NCBI GenBank assembly: GCA_965242865.1
Contig: CBDETK010000013.1
Location: 64,001-128,000 of the forward strand
Length of the DNA stretch: 64,000 nucleotides
From: Candidatus Latescibacterota bacterium
GTDB lineage: Bacteria; Latescibacterota; UBA2968; UBA8231
Reading direction: 5' to 3'
The first letter of the stretch is position 1. Each line of letters starts with the position of its first letter. Positions 8,522 through 17,745 of this stretch are shown in pieces. A model generated the notes under the pieces. It made no database searches, was not told the DNA's origin, and saw only the letters and a program-made list of their open reading frames with translations. The translations under genes were made by a program, and so were the position numbers.

Positions 8522-11500
8522 ATGCGGTTTATTGAAAATGGTCCAGCGATTCCAGATGAGCTGCTCCACGCCCGCGATGAGGGCCGGGTGGTTTTCTTCT
8601 GTGGGGCCGGGGTCTCACAGGCCAAGGCAGGGCTGCCGGGCTTCTTTGGTTTGGCAGAAAAAGTTATGGAGGCACTCGGGGTTCAAGCGGATAGCCCAGC
8701 CCGGAAGCTACTTGAGGAAGCGCGTAACGTTGAGACCCGAACCGGTGTTGCCGGTGTAATCTCCGCAGACTGGATATTCGGTCTGCTTGAGCGCGAATTT
8801 TCTACGGACGTTATAGAAGCGGCGGTGGCTTCCGCGCTGCGGCCGGGTGATGAACCGGATTTGATGGCCCATAGCACAATCCTCGACCTCGCAACCACTA
8901 AGGACGGTTTGGTCCGCATCGTAACGACCAACTTTGATCGTCTGTTTGATGATTGTGACCGCGGCCTTTCGTCGTGGCAACGACCTCGCTTGCCTGATCC
9001 GTCGCGGCCAGAAGACATGGACGGCATTGTCCATCTTCACGGCAAGGCTACCTCTGACTATCGAGGGGCTGAAGGCGATGGATTTGTTCTGTCTAGTTCC
9101 CAATTTGGACGGGCGTATCTTTCGGAGGGGTGGGCGACTTCCTTCTTTCGAGAAATCATTGACAGGTACGTCGTTGTCTTCGTCGGCTACGCGGCAGACG
9201 ATCCTCCTGTTCACTATCTGTTAGAAGGACTAAACAAACAGATCAATGAACGGCAAGTCTATGCTTTTCAAGAGGGTGCTGCGGACGATGCGGCCTCTAA
9301 ATGGAACCACAGAGGAGTTAAGGCCATTTCCTATGCGAAAGACTCCGACCATACTGCGCTTTGGAACACGTTAGAGGCGTGGGCTCAGAGGGCGAGAGAT
9401 CCCGATAAATGGTATTCGGAGGTCATTGACAAAGCGAAGCAGGGTCCCCAAAGCCTTTTGCCGCATGAGCGCGGGCAAGTTGCCCACATCGTCTCGACAG
9501 TTGAGGGGGTCAGAAAATTTTCAGAGGAAGAAGAACCACCGCCGGCAGAGTGGCTATGTGTTTTTGACTCGCAAAGGCGTTATGCTAGACCGAGACGATT
9601 AGGTAGCTGGTTGGAGGAGGGACCATACGTCGATCCATTTGATCTGTACTGTATCGACTCGGACGTACCGCCAGACAACGCCGATCCTAGTGGAGGCTCA
9701 TCCGAACGCAAGGTTCCAACCAACGCTTGGGATGCCTTTAATCTGAACCGCATCGATAAAATCAACCTAAGCGATGACAATTTTCCGTCGATAACAGGTC
9801 GTTGGGCGTACAACGTGCCGCCCCTTCCTTCGCGGCTTCGCCAAATGGGTGCGTGGATAAGGGCTGTCGCTGGCGAACCGGCGGCGATTTGGTGGGCAGT
9901 ACGACAAAACCCTCTTCACCCCGAGATTCAAAGAGCAATACGTCGGGAGCTTACAAGTTCACAACAGCCCATAAATTCCACTGTTCGTGAGGCTTGGTGC
10001 TATCTGCTTGAATACTGGGAACAAGGTAGAGATGAACACGCCGATTTGGACGATTGGTATAAATTGAAAAGACGAATTTCAAAGGATGATTGGAGCAGAA
10101 GCGTCGTCCGTGCCTATGCTGCATGTTATCGTCCCTACTTGAAGGTGGAGCCACCCTGGGGTCATCCCAAGCCGCCCGGACAGGGAGACGAGATAGGTCT
10201 CAGCGATCTTATCGATTTGGATGTCGTGTATCCAGCAGATAACAGTGAAAGAATTCCCATCCCAGATGAATGGGTTGATCCTATTGTAGTAGTATTACGT
10301 AAGAATATCGAGACTGCACTCGAACTCGAGACCGAAATCGGTAGGGGCGGCCGTAGTCAGCCAAGCTCCATTGTTCCGGACAATAATACAGCCGACGACC
10401 GCCAACGCAGACTATCTGGAGCCGTCATTCATTTTATATCGGTCTTTGAGCGTCTCATACAGAACGACCTAGCGGCTGCAAGACGCGAGTTTTCAAAATG
10501 GTCTATTGAAGACGACACGATATTTGCAAGGCTGCGAATATGGACAGCAGGCAAACCTGACTTGGTGTCGGATGATCAGTTTGGTTCCGTACTTGCCGAT
10601 GTGAGCGATGAAGCCTTCTGGAATGGGAGCCATGAATGGGATTTATTGCATGCGCTGTCGGCCCGGTGGAATGGACTGAGTGCCGATACTCGCGTCGCGA
10701 TCGAAAAGCGGCTTCTGAAAGGACGTTCTCGCTGGCAAGGAGAGAAAGAAGAGGATTTTAAGAAACGACGTGATCGGTCAGTACTAGCTCGGATAACTTG
10801 GCTGTCTCGAAAAGGATGCAAATTGCATCTCAATCTCAAAGAAGAAACAGATCGGCTTCGGGAACTGGTTCCAGAATGGAAGCCGGAGTCAGAGGCAAGC
10901 GGTCTGAGCGGGATACGAGATGATTTTTTAGTCGAAGAGAACCCTTTCGCCGGATTATCGGCGGCCCGTCCTGTCAGAGCGTTTTCTGCTCTCAGGGTGG
11001 CGGCCGAGGAGGGGGATTTTCCAGATTGGGCGTGGGACGCCTTTCTGAATGCGGAGGAGCGAAAGACCGACAAGCCTAAATTTATGGCGTTGATCGCCGA
11101 GCGGTTGGCTCGTTATCTAGATAACGACAAGCCGGTACTCATCAGACCAGCAGCAAGATGGCTTGAGAACGTGAGTGCCCGTCTCTCCGACCACTATCCA
11201 GCAAGTTTTCGCCGAGTGACGAATGCGCTAATCCAAGCCCTAACAAGAGCCGCGGCAAGTGGTACTTCGGGAATCGGAAGGAACAATGGAGTGCGGAACT
11301 GGGTGATGACTGCATTTAACGCTCCGGCCGGACAGATTGCACAAGCTCTACGTCCTTATCATAAAACCGATCCCAGCGCGTTGTTCTGTTACGCAGATGA
11401 ACTGCTTGCTTTGCCGGGTGATTTGCGCCGACATGCATTGGCTATTTTCTCACAGTGGATAGCTTGGTTCTATGGGACCAATCGCGAGTGGTCAGAACAG

Positions 11501-12214
11501 AATCTACTTTCGGTTCTCGATTCCAGAGACCTTGAAGATAGGGCCGCTTTTTGGAGCGGGTTTTTCTATGTATCAGTAAGCCAAGAGCTATTCATGCGCT
11601 TAAAGCGATACTTACTCCAACTCGCAGGAGAAGAGAGCGAGACTCGCCGCATGCAAAGCCGAGGACTTTCAAGGCTTGTTTTATCTGGGTGGGGGAGCAT
11701 TATTGAAGGAACGAGTGATCGTTGTGTTTCCAACGAAGAATTCAGGGATGTGCTAGTGCAGGCGGATGACGAATTTCGATCTAATACGTTACGGCAGATG
11801 ACGAATCTGTCATGCAGTGAGGAACAAGAAACTAGAAACAAATGGACATCATTGTTGCCAAAATTCCTAAAAAATGTATGGCCTCTTCATAGAAAGACGA
11901 ACTCGCCGGCAGTGTCGGCGTCCTTGTGCGACTTAGTGTTCTCCAATGAAGAGCTATTCCCGGAGTTGGTAGAGATAATTCTTCCGCTTCTTACGAAGCT
12001 AGACGACCATGCTTGGCGATTGAATCGGACCCAAGACTGCGCCCAAAAACACCCCCGTCACACGCTGGACCTCTTGTATGCAGTGCTGCCGGACAACGTT
12101 TCAGGTTGGCCCCATGGCATCGGAGATGTATTTGCGTCGATAAGCGAAAGTGACCCTGCCCTAAAAACCGACGAGAAATTCCTCGAATTGAAACGACGGT
12201 GGGACTCCCGATAA
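8522..12214 (+). CDS. dsr1: Defence-associated sirtuin, Dsr1-type (SIR2_2 NADase plus long helical C-terminus)
   Basis: N-terminus MRFIENGPAIPDELLHARDEGRVVFFCGAGVS; TTNFD, HLHG and VFVGYAADDP SIR2 motifs; 1230 aa; lower GC than flanks. Confidence 0.8.
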   Translation: MRFIENGPAIPDELLHARDEGRVVFFCGAGVSQAKAGLPGFFGLAEKVMEALGVQADSPARKLLEEARNVETRTGVAGVISADWIFGLLEREFSTDVIEAAVASALRPGDEPDLMAHSTILDLATTKDGLVRIVTTNFDRLFDDCDRGLSSWQRPRLPDPSRPEDMDGIVHLHGKATSDYRGAEGDGFVLSSSQFGRAYLSEGWATSFFREIIDRYVVVFVGYAADDPPVHYLLEGLNKQINERQVYAFQEGAADDAASKWNHRGVKAISYAKDSDHTALWNTLEAWAQRARDPDKWYSEVIDKAKQGPQSLLPHERGQVAHIVSTVEGVRKFSEEEEPPPAEWLCVFDSQRRYARPRRLGSWLEEGPYVDPFDLYCIDSDVPPDNADPSGGSSERKVPTNAWDAFNLNRIDKINLSDDNFPSITGRWAYNVPPLPSRLRQMGAWIRAVAGEPAAIWWAVRQNPLHPEIQRAIRRELTSSQQPINSTVREAWCYLLEYWEQGRDEHADLDDWYKLKRRISKDDWSRSVVRAYAACYRPYLKVEPPWGHPKPPGQGDEIGLSDLIDLDVVYPADNSERIPIPDEWVDPIVVVLRKNIETALELETEIGRGGRSQPSSIVPDNNTADDRQRRLSGAVIHFISVFERLIQNDLAAARREFSKWSIEDDTIFARLRIWTAGKPDLVSDDQFGSVLADVSDEAFWNGSHEWDLLHALSARWNGLSADTRVAIEKRLLKGRSRWQGEKEEDFKKRRDRSVLARITWLSRKGCKLHLNLKEETDRLRELVPEWKPESEASGLSGIRDDFLVEENPFAGLSAARPVRAFSALRVAAEEGDFPDWAWDAFLNAEERKTDKPKFMALIAERLARYLDNDKPVLIRPAARWLENVSARLSDHYPASFRRVTNALIQALTRAAASGTSGIGRNNGVRNWVMTAFNAPAGQIAQALRPYHKTDPSALFCYADELLALPGDLRRHALAIFSQWIAWFYGTNREWSEQNLLSVLDSRDLEDRAAFWSGFFYVSVSQELFMRLKRYLLQLAGEESETRRMQSRGLSRLVLSGWGSIIEGTSDRCVSNEEFRDVLVQADDEFRSNTLRQMTNLSCSEEQETRNKWTSLLPKFLKNVWPLHRKTNSPAVSASLCDLVFSNEELFPELVEIILPLLTKLDDHAWRLNRTQDCAQKHPRHTLDLLYAVLPDNVSGWPHGIGDVFASISESDPALKTDEKFLELKRRWDSR

Positions 12215-12583
12215 CTCAGAGAGCTTCATCGCTTCTTCACCGTCCGCCGCGGCTCCAAGTCGTGGCCATCTGGCCCTCGCTCGTTTGCCCCACGCCGAAT
12301 CCTCGAACTCGCGGTTGAGTTCGGTCTGCATTTCTTGGGGCTGCTTCTGTTCTATGCCACTGCCTTCGCGATCGAAAATGAGCAATCCATAGCGATACAG
12401 TTTCGATAAATTGGATAGGAGTTCAACGCCGTGTAGAGCACAGCCGGGATCGTGTTGCGGATGAACGGAAATGTTCACGTCAATTGCGCGAATGCCCAAT
12501 GCCTCGGGTCGCGTAAACAACCCAATCAGTGCCTGTTCTATATTGTGGTCAGCCGCGAGAACGACGAGGTCTTTCTCATTCAT
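12161..12583 (-). pseudogene. MAD4-like (TOPRIM/OLD-type) partner of the ATPase, apparently C-terminally truncated near 12275
   Basis: ATGA overlap with the ATPase stop; DLVVLAAD...VHPQHDPGC...IFDREGSG motifs; the frame after GKRARA looks unrelated and runs 54 bp into dsr1. Confidence 0.6.
12231..12250. repeat. 20-bp exact copy of 17769-17788 (3' end of the MmeI-like gene)
   Basis: GCTTCTTCACCGTCCGCCGC occurs at both positions. Confidence 0.9.
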
Positions 12584-13827
12584 CCCAAAACCCCAGAGGC
12601 GAGTAGGGTGCCAAGGTCGGCTTGGCCTTGCCATTGCCGCAGCGTGGGGTGCTCGGTGCCGAGAACAATGTCGGTTGAGCCGTCGTCGTTTTTGGCAAAG
12701 CACAATACGTGATCCATACGGGCCGCACTCAGCACTACCGGCGAATGCGTCGCCAACAAGACCTGAGCCTCATACATTGAAGAGAGCGAATCATACACAG
12801 TGGCGACCGCCCGAGGATGTATCCCGTTCTCTGGCTCCTCTATTAGATAGATCCCGCGTAGATCGGCCAAATAGGCGGGCAGGGTGAGGGCTGTCAGCCG
12901 CAGCGTACCGTCGGAAACCATCCACGAAGGCACCTTTAGCCCGCCTTCATACTCGTAGATCATGTAGCAATGTCTGTCCTCTGGGCGCTCAAATGTCTCG
13001 ATGTTGACCAAGTCGGGCAGGGCCGTCCGCAAATGTGCAATCCAGTCTTGGTGTCGTTGGGGAGTTTTTTCTCGCAAATGAGAGACCACCCAAGGCAGGT
13101 TTGAACCATCCGGCAAAAACCCGGCTCCTCTCATTGGAGAACTGGGCCGCTTAATGGCATAACTATTCAGGACGAACTCTTGGACGCCTCCGGTCAGATA
13201 CTCTAGAAACCAGGTGGCAACGGGAAATCGCTCTATATCAGCGGGCAGGTTGCCAAAAGCCGATGTCTGCGGCCCTAACTTGAACGACGGCGACCAGCCT
13301 TTATCGGTCTCGCTGTAAAAGCTGTCGTTTCCGCCCGCCGTCTTGTTGATGACCACTTTGCTGTTTTTCCGCCTAATGCGCTCCAGCAATGAATTTGGGG
13401 CGTCGGCTAACACCGGGAATAAAGAGCGTTGGGGCATTGCAACGTCCGCGAATTTTTTTAGTAAAACCGTCTCGGATTTGAACTCGAATTGGCGGCGCGT
13501 TTCGTCAAAGCCAATTGCGACCTGATACCTCGCTGTGTCCAACGCTGGTTTTATGGTCAGAGGACGCAGGTCGTCGGGAATTCGCGCCTCCACCGCTATC
13601 TCTAGCCTATCGCCCTGACGCCGGAAGAGGAGGTCTTGGGGGTTCTGAGTGCGTTCTGAGATCGCCGCATCCAATCCTGCATCCAACAAATCACAAAGAA
13701 AACCAATAACGTCCAAAAAGGTTGTTTTGCCGGACGCATTCGGCCCGACGAGGACGTGAAAAGGGTGTAGTGGCCGATGCACGTACCGCAAACAGCGATA
13801 ATTCAAGGCTTCAACTCGCGTTATCAT
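12580..13827 (-). CDS. ABC-type AAA ATPase resembling MAD3 of the MADS defence system
   Basis: MITRVEALNYRCLR, Walker A GPNASGKT, signature VSDGTLR, Walker B LIEEPENGIHP, H-loop LATHSP. Confidence 0.8.
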   Translation of the reverse strand: MITRVEALNYRCLRYVHRPLHPFHVLVGPNASGKTTFLDVIGFLCDLLDAGLDAAISERTQNPQDLLFRRQGDRLEIAVEARIPDDLRPLTIKPALDTARYQVAIGFDETRRQFEFKSETVLLKKFADVAMPQRSLFPVLADAPNSLLERIRRKNSKVVINKTAGGNDSFYSETDKGWSPSFKLGPQTSAFGNLPADIERFPVATWFLEYLTGGVQEFVLNSYAIKRPSSPMRGAGFLPDGSNLPWVVSHLREKTPQRHQDWIAHLRTALPDLVNIETFERPEDRHCYMIYEYEGGLKVPSWMVSDGTLRLTALTLPAYLADLRGIYLIEEPENGIHPRAVATVYDSLSSMYEAQVLLATHSPVVLSAARMDHVLCFAKNDDGSTDIVLGTEHPTLRQWQGQADLGTLLASGVLG

Positions 13828-13852
13828 TCGTCGGTTCCACCTGCGTTGTCAT

Positions 13853-13973
13853 TACAGCAGCAACCCCACGCCCAAGGCCATCATGGCGATGCTGAGGAGC
13901 TGAGCTTGGCTCAGGCCCCACAACACCCGCGGATTGACCCAAATGAACTCCACCACGAACGAACCGCGCCAGC
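13853..13973 (-). pseudogene. ~120-bp near-identical copy of the lgt 3' end (24181-24297)
   Basis: TACAGCAGCAACCCCACGCCCAAGGCCATCATGGCGATGCTGAGGAGCTG...CCGCGCCAGC is shared, with a few substitutions and a small indel. Confidence 0.9.
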
Positions 13974-16765
13974 TAGTCGTCATGAACTTTCTCTTCTAAA
14001 TCATGCCACTGATTCCTGATCTCAGCAAATTCGTTTTCCGACTGGCAGATGGTTTCCCATTCTCTTATCACTTCGGGAATAGAGTTGCCTTGCTTAGTGT
14101 AGTATTTGGATAGTTGGTATGCCAGACGTGCAGCCTGCTGTCTAACCCACAGACTTTCAGGAATATCTTGGACTTCTGTGTCTATGGAGGTACTGCTGGC
14201 AATACGACGTAGGCGGGCGAGCGTCGATCTCTCAAGTTCATCAGAAAACGTCCAATCGAAACTTTTTACTAAACCAATGATTATATTAAGGGTAGATACA
14301 AGAGCTCTGTTATTTTGCCATCGCACCATCTCGCCCAACACATTAAAGAGTCGTGTAAGCTCTTTATTATCTGTCTCAGCATTGGTTCTTTTTATAAGAG
14401 TCCGAACAGATCTCAGGCTTTCTGCAACTGCTTTATGATCAGTATCAATCATTCCATCCTCTATTCTCCCAATAACCTCATCTTTCCACTCAGGAAAAAT
14501 ATCGAGGCAGGCAGCCTCCATACGCAGAGCAGGTAGGCCACGGTATCTAAATTCACCCACCAAGTGTTTCAACGTTTCTTTTTTGTTCTCGTCCTCGACT
14601 AGATGAAAATTTGGTAAAATTACAGCTTCAAATACCTCTATCAAGTGCTTGAGACGGCCTCTGAAGTCTTCCGCGATAGAGACATGAAATGGAGAAGGGA
14701 TATTATCCATTGCTAAGTATATCTTATCTGTGTTCCACCATTTAACAAGATGATCAAATATAAAACTGACATCGTCGCTAGACCATTCAACTTTCGCATT
14801 GACAGTCTCGATACAAAGTTGGTTCTTATCTATGGGGACGGAATCTTCGGTTTCACCTCCTTGAATGAGAGACCATTTGTGACGAATATATTTCTTAAAT
14901 AAGAAAATCTGATCAACTCCTTCAGGACAAGGCAGATCAAGAAAAGCATGTCGATAAAAGTCGGTTTGGGATGGCAGGCCATAGTCATCCAATTGACTCC
15001 ACAGAGTCTCAGCGAATTGACTCGTACGTCGAGGATCTAAAAAATTCCAAGAGTACAATCGGAAAAGTGTCCACATCGCCCATTTTCTAGCGTCTGTATT
15101 CTCCGATGATGCTCCCTTAAATAAAAAGTCAAGTTTTCCATCTGAGATCGCTGGCTTGACGTTTATTAGATCTTGTTCCATTTCAAGAAATAGAAATGGA
15201 TTTATAAATTCATGTTTGGCTATGCCAAGATCTGAAAGAATTGGAAAATCTAGTAATTTAGGAATTAAATCAAAGCGTTGATGAACCGAAAAAGCATCCA
15301 AAAGCCTCTTGGCGAGATTCCGAATACCACTGTAGTTACGTTTGTGATCTGATCGATAAGTATCGAGGAGAAAGTCAACAAGTTTCTCTTTTGCATCAGT
15401 TGAGCATTTGCAACACAGTCTCGATAAAATTTCTGGAACAACCTTTGCCAATACAATACCAAAATTGGAGCGGTAAATAGGATTTCCTGATTGTATGTCT
15501 AAATCCGCTCCCTCAAGGATATTCAAGTACTGTTTTATAAGACAGTCAATGGAAGTAGTCTCCATACGGTGTAGTAAAGCACGATTGAAGATATTACCGA
15601 CAATCTTTTCATCATCGATTCGTACCAAACAGACCATTGCCCAATACGACGAATACTCAGCAATACGGGGCAATGCTCTTACCGCAGTATTTTTTACCGT
15701 AGTGGCTCCAGATATTCTGAACGGTATGCCTGCATCTTCGCAAAAAAGAAAAAAATTATATCCAGTCAACACATCGTCATAATGCGAATCTCCGAAATTG
15801 TGTGTTCGTGTAACACGCCCTATGTCGAATTCCGTTTTTTCTTCGATTCCCGATTTTTTTGCTGACAGACGGTCAAGAGTACTTTCAAAAATTTTTAGTT
15901 CGTGCCACGGGTCACATTTATACTGCCTGAGTGTGTGCCAGCGTTTTGAAAGCTCATTGCGTAATTCTTCAAATTTTGACCATCCATCCGTATCGGAAGC
16001 TAATGACATTTGAGCATATTGGAGTAAGAACATGATGAACGATTCTTGTGAGACTAGAGAACAGTCTGTTGTGGTCGGCTTGATCTTGGCTCGGATTGTC
16101 ACTAGTGAGTTTTCAAGGATTCGCTTTGCTTCGTCCACCTGACCGATTTCTGCAAGTATGCTTGCTTTCTTAGCCTCCCAGAACGGCAAAGATTCATTAA
16201 CTTGCCATTCAGCAATTCTTTTTTTTAGTTCCTGTAAATTCAATCCGAATAGTTCAAAAAGCACACACTCGTAATGGAAACGCTCTTTATGCTCAGAGGA
16301 TAGATTTGGCATATCATCTTGAATCTTTTTGCATGAGTCTTTCCATTTTTCTATAAGTCCCTCTTCTCGATAGTACCGCATCATCGAAAGAAGCAGATAA
16401 TGACACATGTCCCTGACATCGTGTCTATCCAGTTCTCGTTCTTTCATTTCTTCTAGCGGCACGAGAAGTGATTCAACCGGTGTCTCTAAATCTGTAAAAG
16501 GCAGATACCGATGCAGAGTGGCCTCAAGAAATTCGACTTGATTGGCATGGATTGGACATAAGCATTTCTCCATACGCCAGTTCAATTCAAAAGCGAATTC
16601 GAGGTCAATAAAGTTGGGAAGATCATCTCTAGCAGGGAGATAAGAGAGCCATTGTTTGGTATATAGCCAGAGATGGGAACGACGCTCTTCGGGAACAATC
16701 ACCCATCCTGGATACGAAAGACGCTGCTTTTTCCACGTTTGGAGAAGATCGAAAATCTGTTTCAT
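13973..16765 (-). CDS. C-terminal helical/sensor part of a Dsr2-type sirtuin
   Basis: 930 aa, AT-rich, begins with WKKQRLSYPGWVIVPEERR, the segment that follows the SIR2 domain in large SIR2 defence proteins; starts 5 nt after the SIR2 ORF stop, in another frame. Confidence 0.65.
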   Translation of the reverse strand: MKQIFDLLQTWKKQRLSYPGWVIVPEERRSHLWLYTKQWLSYLPARDDLPNFIDLEFAFELNWRMEKCLCPIHANQVEFLEATLHRYLPFTDLETPVESLLVPLEEMKERELDRHDVRDMCHYLLLSMMRYYREEGLIEKWKDSCKKIQDDMPNLSSEHKERFHYECVLFELFGLNLQELKKRIAEWQVNESLPFWEAKKASILAEIGQVDEAKRILENSLVTIRAKIKPTTTDCSLVSQESFIMFLLQYAQMSLASDTDGWSKFEELRNELSKRWHTLRQYKCDPWHELKIFESTLDRLSAKKSGIEEKTEFDIGRVTRTHNFGDSHYDDVLTGYNFFLFCEDAGIPFRISGATTVKNTAVRALPRIAEYSSYWAMVCLVRIDDEKIVGNIFNRALLHRMETTSIDCLIKQYLNILEGADLDIQSGNPIYRSNFGIVLAKVVPEILSRLCCKCSTDAKEKLVDFLLDTYRSDHKRNYSGIRNLAKRLLDAFSVHQRFDLIPKLLDFPILSDLGIAKHEFINPFLFLEMEQDLINVKPAISDGKLDFLFKGASSENTDARKWAMWTLFRLYSWNFLDPRRTSQFAETLWSQLDDYGLPSQTDFYRHAFLDLPCPEGVDQIFLFKKYIRHKWSLIQGGETEDSVPIDKNQLCIETVNAKVEWSSDDVSFIFDHLVKWWNTDKIYLAMDNIPSPFHVSIAEDFRGRLKHLIEVFEAVILPNFHLVEDENKKETLKHLVGEFRYRGLPALRMEAACLDIFPEWKDEVIGRIEDGMIDTDHKAVAESLRSVRTLIKRTNAETDNKELTRLFNVLGEMVRWQNNRALVSTLNIIIGLVKSFDWTFSDELERSTLARLRRIASSTSIDTEVQDIPESLWVRQQAARLAYQLSKYYTKQGNSIPEVIREWETICQSENEFAEIRNQWHDLEEKVHDD

Positions 16766-16770
16766 TTTAT

Positions 16771-17718
16771 TTATATTTCCTCCGGTTCCATGAGATTGAC
16801 ATCATTGTCATACGGCCATTCAAGCGATTTAAGCCTTTCGTCTTTCTCTTTTTTCAAGTAACTAAGAAAAAGCTCTAGTGCCTTGTAGTGATCTCCATCA
16901 ATGTTACGGTATTCCGACAAATCAACTGACACTATATTGCGTCGTTCAAGACATTTTTTCTTTAAGCCTGACAATCCGAGTAGGCCGATGAGGTATATTT
17001 TGGGAGAATTATCTCTACCGAGATTATCATGTCTCCATCCGATCCACTCCAAAAAATTGGGATCATCGCCAGAAAATCCAATCAGGCAGAACGTGTTTTC
17101 GAGAAGCGATTGACGAACAGTATTTACGAAAGGAGAAAAGTCGTCATGATAGCATCTATAATCTTCCTCAGTGATTACGTATTCTTCCCCATTGATTGTA
17201 GAAGGTCGTTCTGAGGGAAAACTACCGTGGAGTTTAATGATTCGTGGTTTTTCAGAATAAACCAAGTCTTCTTTATTGACGACTACGTCATACCTCCGTG
17301 AGCTAACAGACCTACATGCTCTCTCCAGTAGAGTATCGTAGTTTGTCGTGAATACGTCCACCCACGGGAGATCAAGTAAATCTACGTGTAGCTGTGATGG
17401 TTCGTAGGCAGAGTCCGGAATGGCATCGCGTAATATCTGATTTAAAGCGGGTCGGCCAAAGGCAGCCTCGACCTCATCTGCCAGTTTAGGCACATTGCCA
17501 GCAGAGTCGGGTTTTTTGTCATTAAGTTTCTCATGGAACCGATCTCCTAGTTCGGACAAATCAGGGAAGCTTGGCCCTGAGTCACCTTTTGGCATAGCAT
17601 TTTTGCTGAAGCCTGCTCCAACCATGACGGTGGCATGGCCGGAATACAGGCGTTCCTCGATCTCGTCTAGATACGGACGGAGTCTACAGGGAACAGGTGG
17701 TGTTTCTGTTTCACTCAT
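16771..17718 (-). CDS. SIR2_2 domain (N-terminal part of a Dsr2-type sirtuin)
   Basis: VMVGAGFSKN, FTTNYDTLLE, IKLHGS and LIGFSGDDPNF motifs. Confidence 0.8.
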   Translation of the reverse strand: MSETETPPVPCRLRPYLDEIEERLYSGHATVMVGAGFSKNAMPKGDSGPSFPDLSELGDRFHEKLNDKKPDSAGNVPKLADEVEAAFGRPALNQILRDAIPDSAYEPSQLHVDLLDLPWVDVFTTNYDTLLERACRSVSSRRYDVVVNKEDLVYSEKPRIIKLHGSFPSERPSTINGEEYVITEEDYRCYHDDFSPFVNTVRQSLLENTFCLIGFSGDDPNFLEWIGWRHDNLGRDNSPKIYLIGLLGLSGLKKKCLERRNIVSVDLSEYRNIDGDHYKALELFLSYLKKEKDERLKSLEWPYDNDVNLMEPEEI

Positions 17719-17745
17719 GCTGTTGTTTCTTTCAAGTCGCGTCCG

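Noticed and set aside
12161-13827. Calling a complete MADS system
   Set aside because: Only mad3/mad4-like genes are present and the second appears truncated.
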